64,000 bases of DNA from Mantamonas sphyraenae STR306 (lineage: Eukaryota > Protista > CRuMs): NCBI GenBank assembly GCA_026936335.1, contig JAPMXV010000046.1, positions 124,001 through 188,000 of the forward strand, written 5' to 3'. Below the pieces are notes generated by a model. The model searched no databases and was not told the origin of the DNA. It saw only the letters and a list, made by a program, of their open reading frames with translations. Shown piece after piece: positions 1 to 10,600 of this stretch (position 1 is its first letter; every line of letters starts with the position of its first letter). Made by a program: the position numbers and the translations under genes.

Positions 1-980
1 GCCCCACCCAGGTCCAGCGAGCGACCGTGCGCAGGTGCGCTTTGAGGACGCTTGCGACGGCCCTTGCTGCTGCTGCTCATGTCCATGTGGGATGCGTGGT
101 AGCTACTGCTGGCTCCTCCCTGGCGTCCGGGCGATCGCTGCTGAGCCCCCTTGCGTCCACGTCCAGACGCAGACGCCGTGCTTGGGCGCGTGGACCCTCG
201 CTTTCCGCCTCCGCTGCGCGAGTTGCGCGATGCTGCTGCAGACTTTTCCACAAAGATCCCTCCGTTGTCTTCTTCCTCGCTGTCCTCCTCCAGTGTCTTG
301 CTCAGGCCGTCGCCGTAGTTCACAGTGCTAAATCGCGTCACACCCCCTCCGTCGTGCCGTCCACGTCCTCCATGGCTGCTCGTCGTGCCAGTGCCACCCA
401 TGCTTCCCCCGTATCCACTCCCCTGCACATTCGTGTTCACGCCGCCGGCCTCGCTGCTTGCCACGCCCGTGCCGCGTGCCTTTTTGCTCTTGCCTTTTTT
501 CGATTTGCTTTTCGTGCTTTTCAGACTCACTGGCTCACTCGCCATGCCGCCCATGCCTCCTTGCGACACACGCGACGATCCGCCTCCGCGTCCACCGTTG
601 CTCGTGTCCTTTCCACTGCGTGTCACTCCTCCTCCGTTGCCTCCTCCTCCGCCCTGGCGTCGACCCCGGCTCCCGCCGCCGCTCATTTGGCCGTTGGAAA
701 ATCCGCCCTCGCTCCCTCCCCCGCTTGCCTTGCTACTGGGAGTCCCTGCGCTTGTCGCCTCGCCTCCATCGTTCCCATTGCTCAGTGCGTCCAAGTAGCT
801 TCCACTTCCGCTTCCCGTGCTGGTCTGCGTGCCGCCCATCACCGCGTCGTAGTCCGTGTCATTTTCTGACAAGTTGCTTCCTCCCTGGGCCTCGCCCACG
901 CTCCCTGTGCTGATGCCCAGGCGCGCCAGCTCCGAGTCCAGTTCCCGATCCAAGTTCAAGTACGACGAGTTGTTGGCCAT
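1..980 (-). CDS. Hypothetical low-complexity G/S-rich protein, runs off the left edge (partial)
   Basis: Manual translation gives an open minus-strand frame from ATG at 980 (MANNSSYLNLDRELDSELARLG...) to the window edge with no stop. It is absent from the ORF track because it has no stop in the window. Confidence 0.6.
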   Translation of the reverse strand, partial: MANNSSYLNLDRELDSELARLGISTGSVGEAQGGSNLSENDTDYDAVMGGTQTSTGSGSGSYLDALSNGNDGGEATSAGTPSSKASGGGSEGGFSNGQMSGGGSRGRRQGGGGGNGGGVTRSGKDTSNGGRGGGSSRVSQGGMGGMASEPVSLKSTKSKSKKGKSKKARGTGVASSEAGGVNTNVQGSGYGGSMGGTGTTSSHGGRGRHDGGGVTRFSTVNYGDGLSKTLEEDSEEEDNGGIFVEKSAAASRNSRSGGGKRGSTRPSTASASGRGRKGAQQRSPGRQGGASSSYHASHMDMSSSSKGRRKRPQSAPAHGRSLDLGG

Positions 981-1075
981 GACCGCACAATGTCAAAAAT
1001 TGGACAAAGAGAAATTTGTTTTGGGTGCTGCGCCGCTTCGCTCGTGGCCACCCATTCAACCTCACCCCTGCCATC

Positions 1076-3598
1076 TCACCCTCGCCGAAACAAGCCTCCA
1101 CTTCTCTTTGCTTGCGGCAGACTCTTGCCTGCTTTTGACACTGCAGGCAGACTCGGTGCCACGGGCGGTTTCTCTGTGTCCATCCACAGCGACGACGCGT
1201 CCACAGTGCCACCTGTGCTCGTCGACGTCGTCGTCATGGTCGTTGTCGATGTCATAGTTGTTGTTGTCGTCGTCGACCTTGTGGCCGTTCCGCCGCCCAT
1301 TGCACTGCGGCTGTCGTGACGGTAACTTGGCATCTCCGCCTCGGGCGATGCCTTGCGTGTCACAGACACCCGCTGAGCTGAGCGACCACGTGCTGTCGAC
1401 GCCCCAGATGCACTTGACCTTGACGATACACCTGCAGAGCCGTTGGCAGACGAGCCCGAGCTCTGCGATCCACGCGAGCTGCGCGAACTGGCACTGCCAC
1501 TGCGCGACGTTGTCCTCTTTGTTTTGCGTCCCTTGCTCCTGCCTCGCGACGATCCGCGCGACGATCCACGCGACGATCCACGGCTTCCTGTGGATCCACG
1601 GGAACCAATGGACGACGTCGACGACCGCGAATTGGTGCGAGTCAACAACTGGCCCTGCCTTGACACACGTCCCGTGGCCAATGACAACTCGTGTGCTTCC
1701 ATCTCTGCTTGCAATTGCTCCTTGCTCACGCCAAGGCGGTCAAACGCAGTGTCACGCACCCCGAGCAGCATGATGGGCATGTCGTTGCGCAGCCACTCTC
1801 CCAGGAGCACATTGTAGTACCGCGGCGTTTCAAAGAACGTCTCATACTCTGCATAACGCGGCGTAGGAAACACTCGGCGAAACTCGCCCCGCCGGTGGTA
1901 CTCATCAATGGTCTCGCGCAGCACCTCCAGATCCGCCGGCTGCAGATCCGCCAGCGGCGACTCGCCAGACAACATCACAGCCTGGCGCTTCTCCCGAAAC
2001 GCCGTCGTCGATGTCACTGTGCTCTTTTTGCGTGGGGTCTTGCCGGGACGCGGGTCGACAGGCTGCCAGCCAACCATGTTGAACATGTCGGTCACCAGCG
2101 TGCCCTTGATGCGCTTGTCCATCGGCGACGAGCTCTTTAGCGACGGCGACGTGTTGACCTCAATCAACCACGCCTTGAGCGTGTCGTCCAGCATAATATC
2201 AAACCCGAAAGCCTCGTAGCAGTTGTTGCGGTCGCCCAGGTAAACGTTGCGCGCCGCGTTCACCTTGGCTTCCACTGCAATCAGCGTCTTGATCACAATG
2301 TCGTCGATTTGGTCAAAGATGGGCTGTGCATCGACGCCAATCTCGTCCAGATACCGACCCAGCGCCTTGAGCGACCACTTGCTCCCCTCCGAGTCGCTTT
2401 CCGGGTCCAGATTCTCCACAAAGCCCTCACGCGCCGAGTTGATGCTGTAGTTGGTCAAATGTGCATACTTGTTTGTGTTGTCGTTGCTGTACGGCTCCGT
2501 GGCAAAGCGCACCAGGCCGTCTTCGTACACGTACGCACGCAGCGGGTCGAAGCTGGTCACAAACACATAAATGCGCAGGTCAAACTTCAGGTCGTTGATG
2601 AGGTACGGATTGTCGATGTACCGTTGCACCAGGCTCTTCTTGCGGTTCGGCAGCTTCTTCAGCGAGTCGATCACCTTGATGCCCTGGCCGCGTGCAGACG
2701 CGCACGGCTTGACAATCCACAGTGGGTGCTGCTGAAAGTCAGACACCAGCATGTCCATGTCCCCCGGTAGGATATATCCGAAGGGCAGGAACCCGTAGTG
2801 CTGTGTGCGTGGCCCACGCGTGTGCGTCCGTGTAAGTTTCGCTTGTTCCCGTCCACGTTGGAACCACATCATTTGCCCGCTGGCAGTGCACACAAGCGTC
2901 TCGAGGCACATGAGCCTGGGAACCCGTTCACATAGGCTCTTGGCGGCACCTCGCTGGCCTCAGACACTTTGGTATGCGGCTGAGGAACAGCCACCGGCGC
3001 GGGAAAGGAAGAGGCCCTTCCCGTCCTCAACCGAAAAGCGCAAAGCGCGCAAAAGCCGTTGTCGTGCACCCTCTGGAAAATAGCTCACCTCGACGCCATG
3101 CGTGCGCTGCATGCGTCCGATGTTGGACGCCAGCCTGTCTTTGCGACCCATCTCAAAGGTGGATGGGTAGTGGTTGATGCGGTGGAAGTATTCCAGGCTT
3201 TTGTACAGTTCCTTGGTTGGGTGTTTCGTCCAAATGGCGTTCCAGGCCAGCGGATCATGCTCTTCGCCCTGGTCCTGCAGCTTTTCAAAGCCGCAGTCAC
3301 GCCAGATGTGTCTCACCACACGTGACGAGACATCGGGCACCGAGTAGAACAGGGCGGGCTTCTTCTTGGGCACAAAGCAGTCCATGCCCATCGGGCGCTC
3401 CAAACAACGAAAGTGGATGGACGAGGGCACGCGGTCAAACAGAGAGCGCTGCAGAACCAGTTTGCCCACTTTCAGGGCCTCTTTTTGCTCCTCCGTCAAC
3501 TTGGTGGACGGCACCGAGCCGCACGAGTCAAGCTTGACCGTCTGCTTGCCTTTGCCCGAGTTCGGTGACGACGGCGTGGACACCATAGACGTGCTGCC

Positions 3599-3634
<36 letters not shown>

Positions 3635-3688
3635 ACTGCCGCCGCCGCCTGCCGAGGAAGAGGACGATGTGCTGGTGCTGGTGCTCAT
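1076..3688 (-). CDS. Tubulin-tyrosine-ligase-like polyglutamylase (TTLL4/5-like), spliced
   Basis: TTL motifs INHYP..FEMGRKD, WIVKP.ASARGQGI, VQRYI.NPYLI, KFDLRIYV, HLTNYSIN, FGFDIMLD, WLIEVN.SPSL across ORFs 2960-3688 and 1076-2911. GTGAGC intron donor near 3088. S/R-rich tail. The start is uncertain. Confidence 0.9.
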
Positions 3689-3914
3689 CGAGGAAGCGGG
3701 GCCGGGTGTGGGAGGACGGTTGTGCTTTGTTTTGGGCTCGCGTTCGCATCATCCAGGCCATCATCCACATCAACCTCTTCATTCCTATTTGCAAAACAGC
3801 GCGCCGTCGCAATGAAACGGGCGTCGCAGCAAAAAGGTTCGCTCAAACGAAAACCTCTTCATCGAGATTCCACTGACGTTTGCTGTGTTGGCTGCTGGTT
3901 GGTTCATCCAATTG

Positions 3915-5343
3915 TCACTGGTTGTCCTCGTCCCCGCCGAGGTTGTCGCTGCTGCTGCTGCCACTGCTGTTGCTGGATGACCCAAGAACCTCCTCAAAGG
4001 GCTTGGCAACCTCGCCGTCGTCTTCAATCTCCCCAAACGGATTCTCCCACTCGTTGGGATTGTTGGTGAGCTCCTGCAGGCCGACGGTCCACAAATTGAT
4101 GCGGTCGTTCAGACTCATCTGTGCGTGCGCATTGCTGGAGGAGTCGGCCACCATGGCCTCGGCCGGCAACTCCACATCCAAGGCCATGGCATACATTGTG
4201 AGCTTGGCTGGGTTGAGGATCATCAGGAAGGCGTTGTTTTCGATTGAAAACTCGAGAAACTCCGCCTTGGATAACCTGTTGTCGCCGTTGAGGTCCGCGT
4301 GCATGAACATGAACAGCAATGTGTCCTTGAGCTGCACCTTGAAGGCAGCCATGGAGCGCTTCAGGTCTTTGGCCTGCTCCTCGCGCTCTTCCTCTTCCAG
4401 CTGACCCAGCACCGTGGTTTGTAGCTTGACGAACGAGTCGTACGAGCGGTCCAACACGGCAATGACCTCCTCCACGCTCAGGTACCCGTTACGATCGAGA
4501 TCAAAGATGTCAAATGCCACTGTGTCAATGGGGGCGGGAGAAGAGGGGTGGGGGGAGGAGGAAGGGGTCGCACGCGTCCAACACGGCGGGGTGAGTGTCG
4601 GTGCTTTCTCATTGGGCATTGGGCAAAAGCCGAAACCTGGCCTGACAACGTACGGCTGGCCTTTGCGTGCAACGCCTCGTCGTCGTCGTCATCGTCGTCG
4701 CTGAGGAGAACCAACCCCACGACCAGCTCCTCAAAATCGATCACGCCGTCCTGGTTTGTGTCAAACTGCGGCCACAGAGAGCGTGTTAGCGGCGGCGGCG
4801 GGAAATCGGCCGGTGGAGAGCAGGGTTCTCGGACGAGGGAAGGTCTTTGTGTTCTCACCTGTGCGAGCACCAGTTCGATCAGCTGCGAATCGGTGTTCTT
4901 GGCCACAGCCCAAAACTCGCTCCCTGCAATTTGGTCAAGACCCCGTGTAGGAGGCGCAAGAGGGTGGTGCGGCGCCGCAGCGCGAAAGTGTGTGTAAGCA
5001 CATCCAGACGCGGTTTGTATCTTCTGGTGGGCCGCGGCCAAAACCTACCGGGGAAGCTGTCGGCCATGTTTTCGAGGATGGGCTGGAGCTCTTTCATGTC
5101 AAAAGTGACCTTGGCCTGCTTCTTCTCGAGGCCATCAAAGGAGAGGTGGCGGAGCTGGACTTCGTGAGCAGCTCGGAATTGTTTGTACAGCTGCTGCACC
5201 TGTTCGAGAGGCAGGTGCACCTTGCGCGACATGTTCTTGGCCTCTTTCTTGCTCAGTTCCCATTTGTCAACCTCAATTTCGACACCCTCCAGGGAGCCGT
5301 CGTACGGGTGAGCTGGCTGGTTCTTGCTCGACTTGCCGCCCAT
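3915..5343 (-). CDS. Myristoylated EF-hand calcium sensor (NCS/calcineurin-B-like), multi-exon
   Basis: MGGKSSK N-myristoylation-type start. EF loops FDTNQDGVIDFEE, FDLDRNGYLSVEE and ADLNGDNRLSKAEF lie in successive exons. Confidence 0.8.
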
Positions 5344-5552
5344 TCGCCTCGCTTTTGAGTTGCGTGCCATCGCGTCTGGGAGATGTCACACATGCAAGAT
5401 GCACTTGCGGCACTGCAAAGACATTCTGTCCATGACTTGCGTGTGTGTGAGCACACATCAGAGCACGCTGAAGGATGTCGAGGCTGCAGCTCGCGCGTGC
5501 CGTGACAATTGTTTGGTGTTTGCATTGCAGGGACAGGCTCAGGACACACAGC

Positions 5553-6446
5553 ATGTTTTCCCGCAGTGTACAACAGGTAAAGAGAGTGCCTGTGGCGCAC
5601 CGAGTCATGGCGGCGTTGCATTTGCCAAGGCAAGAAGGAATGGCGTGCGAGGTTCCGGGGTTGTTCCATGCGCGGTCGTGGAGCAGCAAGGCAAGCAGCC
5701 AAGAAGAGGGTGAGCTGCAAGAAAGCGTGTTGGACAGCGAGCCTCCGCCTCGCTCGCTGCGCACGCAGGAACTGGCAGAGGAAGAGAAGCGGAACGCAGA
5801 CGAGCTGATCGGCTTGGCTGCTTTGGAAGCTCTGCGCGAAGGAGGCCGAGAAATCCATGTATACGAGTCGACGCAGTGGCGCAAGGTGCAAGCGGCCGAG
5901 TGGTTTGCAGTGGGTCAGGCCACAGTCATGACAGGACTTGCTGCCATGCTGGTGATGATGGACGTGGAAGTGTCGCAGTCTGCCCGTTTCGTAGTCGGCA
6001 GCGTGATGGAAATGTTTGGCCTGGGCATCTTTGCAGGAATCAACCTGCTGCTGGCACCTCGCTACATCACAGACATCCACCTTGTGCCAGGCACGGCATC
6101 TACAGACCACGAGCCGGAAGGCCCCGAAACCGCCGAGCAGCGCCTCGAGCGCCTGCTGGCCGAGCAGGGCAAGGCTGGCGCCAAGGATCCGCTCCTACAG
6201 GGGCTTAACATCCGCCTTACTACCCTCAATGCGCTGGGCCAGAAGAAGGCAGACGAGTTCCCCACGGAACTGCTCATGCCGCTGGGCACGGACATGAACG
6301 AGGAGCTCATGTTCCAGTTTATCAAGCTGCGGCCCGAAGCACGTAAGCCGCCTCTGCTTCTGCACGTCCAGGGTGGCAACGTCGTGTCGGAGATGCTCCT
6401 TCGACGCCTCATTGAGGGCGGCAGTTTGCGTCAGGCTGATCTTTGA
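5553..6446 (+). CDS. Mitochondrial two-TM membrane protein, TMEM223/TMEM186-like
   Basis: Basic presequence-like start (MFSRSVQQVKR), two hydrophobic helices followed by RYITDIHL. The family assignment is by resemblance only. Confidence 0.5.
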   Translation: MFSRSVQQVKRVPVAHRVMAALHLPRQEGMACEVPGLFHARSWSSKASSQEEGELQESVLDSEPPPRSLRTQELAEEEKRNADELIGLAALEALREGGREIHVYESTQWRKVQAAEWFAVGQATVMTGLAAMLVMMDVEVSQSARFVVGSVMEMFGLGIFAGINLLLAPRYITDIHLVPGTASTDHEPEGPETAEQRLERLLAEQGKAGAKDPLLQGLNIRLTTLNALGQKKADEFPTELLMPLGTDMNEELMFQFIKLRPEARKPPLLLHVQGGNVVSEMLLRRLIEGGSLRQADL

Positions 6447-6514
6447 GAGGAGGAAATGTGGACAATGAAAAGCGCGTGCAATTGTGCAATTGGAACCACT
6501 GCATACTTTGGCAA

Positions 6515-8118
6515 TCATCCACTGTTATTCCTTCTTCGATGGTATTGCCGCCCGCTTCCGCCACCGCCACCGCCACTGCTGTTGCCTCCTCCCCCACCAC
6601 CACCTCCACCGCCACCTCGGCCGCCACCTCCACTCCCACCTCCACCACCACCTCGGCCACCACCTCCACCCCCGCGGCTGTTGCGTCCTCCACCACCACC
6701 TCGACCTCCACCTCCACCCCCGCGGCTGTTGCGTCCTCCTCCACCACCTCGACCTCCACCTCGGCCTCCTCCTCCTCCGCGGTTGCGACTGTTGCTCCTC
6801 CTGCCACTGTCGTTGTTCCCTCCACTGTTCCCTCCACTGTTCCCTCCACTGTTCCCTCCACTGTTCCCTCCACTGTTCCCTCCACTGTTCCCTCCACTGT
6901 TCCCTCCACTGCTCCCTCCACTGTTCCCTCCCCGATTTCCACCCCTCCCCCGCCCGCGACCTCTTTGCTGCTCCTGATTCTCCTCTTGCGATTGCCCATC
7001 CTTGCTGTCCCTTTCTCTGCCCTTGTTGTTGCTTCGGTTGTTCCGGTTGTTCCGGTTGTTCCGGTTGTTCCGGTTGCCACCGTTGTTGTTCCCGCCTCCC
7101 CCACGAGAATCGTGACCACCACCACCACCACCACCACCACCACCACCACCGTCTTTCCCCTTGGATTTCCTGTTCTGCTTCCCGTGCTTGCTTCCTCCTC
7201 CCCGCCCTCCAGAAGAAGACGTTCCCCCCGATGACGATGACGATGAAGATGACGATGACGAAGACGAAGACGAAGAACTAGCACCAGCGCCAGCACTTCC
7301 TCGTCCCGTTCCAGCCTGACGCCGTTTCCCTGAACCTGTTTGGTCGATGGCCAGTTCAAACTTGGGCGGTGGATCCTCCCCTTCCACTTTCAGTCCTTTG
7401 CGTGCCATGATGCTTCGCCGCGACTCCCACGCCTCCACAAGCTCGTCCACTATACCACCCAGCGTTCTCACGTTGTTGCTCTCCAGCATCAGCACGTTGT
7501 TCACCACACGCACATTCCGAAGTTGCACTTTGGTCCCCGGCGGCGTCGACATCGACAGGCTCTTTGCCAGCGACCCATACTCCATCCCAGTCACTCGCTT
7601 GTATCCGTCTGTAAACACAATCTTCAACACCCGCGGCTGCGACTCGTTCTGCTGGTTGTGTGCGGGTTGGCTTGCATTGACAATCTGCTTCACCTGCAGC
7701 ACCCATGGTCCCTCGATCACATAGCTCTTGGTGTCCTCGTAAAACTCTTCCGGCACCACTGCACTGCAGATCTCCTTGATGGGAAACTGTGTCTCTGCGC
7801 GTCAGTTGCCACGTTTCTCCTCACCTACCCTCTTGCCCGCGCTCCCTTTCGCCCACTTACGTTCAACGCCGTCGCGTAAACCACCCCATACTGCGTGCTT
7901 TCCGCTTCTGCGACAATTTCGTCCAATCCCTCCTCGCTCACATTCATCCCAGTCTCCCTCAGCTGCCGCAGCAGCGAGCCAAACTCCAGCGAGTCGTGCT
8001 CCACGCTGAACCGCGGCCCCTCCTTCTCCGCTTTCTCCTCTGCTGCACGTGCCTCCTCTGCTGCTGCTTGAATTGCCCCCAGGTCAATCACCTTGGCCTT
8101 GCCTGACGTCGTGCTCAT
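6515..8118 (-). CDS. RMI1/TDRD3-type OB-fold protein with long RGG/GN tail (TDRD3-like), one intron ~7788-7861
   Basis: GPWVLQV..I.NASQP, PRVLKIVFTDGYKRVTGMEY, STPPGTKV.L and LGG.V.EL match the RMI1_N OB fold. The C-terminus has RGG repeats. Confidence 0.8.
6808..6930. repeat. 12-bp tandem repeat (CCCTCCACTGTT)n encoding GNSG repeats
   Basis: About 9 directly visible tandem copies inside the Gly-rich tail. Confidence 0.85.
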
Positions 8119-8170
8119 CCCTCTTTGCCCCGGTTGCGCTGCTTCCCCCACCGCTGGCACAATGCCTTCC

Positions 8171-8785
8171 ATGTCTGCGCACTCTCTCCTCCGCAACCGC
8201 TCTTCCGCTTCTGTCCTCTCCATTTCAATTTCCCTCTCCTTTCTCCTCCTCATCCTCGCCGCTCTCCTCGTCTCCGCTGCCCCTGCTGCAAAAGAGATCA
8301 CCCGCGACAACCTGCCCCGCCAGCGCCTCAAGGTCCTCCGCAAGTTCCTGGCCGACCGTGGCGCACGCTGCGTAGGCTGTGTCGAGAAGGAGCACTTTGT
8401 CGAGCGTGCTCTCCAGGTCTTTGACGATCCAATCCGCGAGGCGGAAACTCCCGCGCCTTCCGCCTCCTCCTCCGGCACCCAGGACACCCCCACTGATCTC
8501 CCCCAAGGCGAACCTTCGCGCGAGGACATTATGAAGATGTTCCAGCAGCAGCAGCAGCGACAGAAGGAGGCTGCAGAAAAGCTGCGCTCCATGGGCATCG
8601 ATGTTGGTCCCAACGCCTTTTCAAACGGCGGCATGAGCCCAGAGATGATGGAGGCAATCGCCAAGATGGAGGCACGCAATGCCGCTTCCAAGAACCAGCC
8701 CTCCACACCTCCACCAAACCAGGAAAATGCCGACGACGTCGAGGAAGTCGCCGCTCCCGAGCAGAACGACAAGACAGAGCTCTGA
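8171..8785 (+). CDS. Secreted/ER protein with ARMET/MANF C-terminal SAP-like CxxC domain
   Basis: Hydrophobic signal peptide, then RLKVLRKFLADRGARCVGCVEKEHFV (ARMET_C consensus LKxLxxxLxxxGxxCxGCxEK). The C-terminus is KTEL, a KDEL-like ER retention signal. Confidence 0.8.
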   Translation: MSAHSLLRNRSSASVLSISISLSFLLLILAALLVSAAPAAKEITRDNLPRQRLKVLRKFLADRGARCVGCVEKEHFVERALQVFDDPIREAETPAPSASSSGTQDTPTDLPQGEPSREDIMKMFQQQQQRQKEAAEKLRSMGIDVGPNAFSNGGMSPEMMEAIAKMEARNAASKNQPSTPPPNQENADDVEEVAAPEQNDKTEL

Positions 8786-8908
8786 GCAGCTCCCCACACA
8801 TACACATCAATACATTCCACAGATGCAACAAGAAACCAACCTCCCTCGTCCTCCCATTCACGTTTTCATCCACGAAACAATCCAGCCCTTCCGCTTCCAG
8901 CAAAAACC

Positions 8909-9496
8909 ATGTCCTTCGCCTCCCCCAGCACTGAAGACCTAGACAGCATCGTGAGCACGACCAACAAAGCAGTGCAGACGTTGTACGGCGATTCAACCAC
9001 GCGCTGCTCGCTCAACATGCTCGCTGCGAGCGCCTGGGTCGCCGCCGCAACGCACTCCACCCTCTCCACCAGAGAACTTTCCCTTGACGAGTTTGACATC
9101 ACACAGAGCCTCCCATGGGTGCATCACACTGTAGGCGACACCCTTCTCCAGTGGCTCTTTTGCCAGATGCGCAACGCAGACACAAAATCGCCACACAGCT
9201 TTGTCCTCCTCCGCAACCCAGTCAACGAGGAGCTCATGCTTCTGCAGTCCCAAAAGGACTTGCAGGATCTCACCCTCGATCGCAATCTGGACTTTGCCAA
9301 GTTCTCCTCCTTCCTGAAGGCACTCGGTGAGGAGCAAGACGACGACTTTTTCTACGGCGGCACCATGGCGCCAGGCCTCTACACCGTCATTGTTCTCGGC
9401 GACTACGCCCTACTCCCGTCTCCGCCCGGCACCGAGGAGACCGAAACCGACGTCCAGACCCTGCACACCGAAGCCCTTCAGCAATTCACTCTGTGA
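8909..9496 (+). CDS. Hypothetical protein (195 aa)
   Basis: ATG-initiated ORF with host-like codon usage that fills the gap between neighbours. No motif recognised. Confidence 0.55.
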   Translation: MSFASPSTEDLDSIVSTTNKAVQTLYGDSTTRCSLNMLAASAWVAAATHSTLSTRELSLDEFDITQSLPWVHHTVGDTLLQWLFCQMRNADTKSPHSFVLLRNPVNEELMLLQSQKDLQDLTLDRNLDFAKFSSFLKALGEEQDDDFFYGGTMAPGLYTVIVLGDYALLPSPPGTEETETDVQTLHTEALQQFTL

Positions 9497-10554
9497 TGAT
9501 CTCCCCTCCCACCTCCACCTCTACAGCTCCCTCTCCAGCTCCCTCTCCAGCTCCCTCCTCCTCTACGCTCCCGTTTCCCACCACCCGTCCACTTGCCCGC
9601 CTGCGAAACGTCCCCTGCAGCCAGCGTCGGTGCATCTTCAGCCCCTCCTTCCGGTTCACAATTTCCCGGATCACATAGCCTGTGTCCACCGTGTCAAACC
9701 CGGCCTCGTCAAACAGCTGCTCCAGCTCCTCCTTCTCGAAAAAGTAGGTCTTTGTGCCATCCCCACGCGCGTAGTAGTTGTCGGCGATCTTCCTGCTCTT
9801 GTGAAACCGCACCTGCGTCATGTCATAAATGGCATAGTCCCGAAAGAAAACCAGTGCGCCCTCCTCACACGTCGCCCACAGATTGTCCAGCAGCCCTGCA
9901 AACGCATCCGGAGCCACCGCGCTCAGCACATAGATCATAAACACAAAGTCCACCTTTTGCTCCCCCATGTTCTCCTGCAGCATGCTCTCGTGCGTCAGGT
10001 CACACACAAACGCGTGTACCCTCTCTTCGTCGTACATCTCGTGCTCCTTCACCAACCCCACCGCACGCTCCGAAAAGTCGCAGCAGTGCACACGGAAGCT
10101 CCCTTCAAGCTCCAACAGCGGGTACACTGTAGCCCCCGTGCCACACCCGCACTCCAGCACGTGCACCTCCTTTCCTTCTCCCTCCTGTCCTTCCTTTGCC
10201 GCCTCTGCCGCCTCAAACACCTGCGGAAATTCTCGTTGCAGCCAGTGCCGATCCTTGAAGAACGTATTCCCTTGCTCCTTGTAAAACACGTCCCAGTTCC
10301 GCGCACTCTCGCTTTCGTACTTGTCTGTGCAATTTACCATGCCGAGTCAGTCCCGCTTCAACCCCACCTCACCCCCTCCCTCCTCCTGCGCCCGAGAAAA
10401 GCTCACTTCGCCACCACGCATTCATCGTCTTGTCGTGCTTCTTCAGCCGCTCCTTTGCCGTTTCGATGTACGACTGTGCCTCATCGCCTTCTTCAGGGAT
10501 TTCCCGTGTCGTGTCCGACAGCTGTCGTCCTTCGTTGCTTTCGCTGCTGCTCAT
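9486..10554 (-). CDS. METTL6: tRNA N3-methylcytidine methyltransferase (METTL2/6/Trm140 family), one intron
   Basis: NWDVFY...FFKDRHWLQREF, LECGCGTG, CDFS..AV, FVCDL, FRDY..YDM, RGDGT..YFF, NRK...MHRRWLQG.F. Confidence 0.9.
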
Positions 10555-10600
10555 CCCATCCACTTGTCTCCGCCCTCGCCCACATCGCCCCACACCAAAC

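Noticed and set aside
27-869. Plus-strand ORFs at the window start and other long antisense ORFs (e.g. 9327-10952, 18891-21341, 44507-46261, 58012-59958)
   Set aside because: They are shadows of real genes on the opposite strand in GC-rich DNA and carry no motifs.
3596-3640. (CTG/AGC)n and similar triplet runs as special elements
   Set aside because: They encode poly-Ser/Gly/Asp tracts found in many genes across the window.
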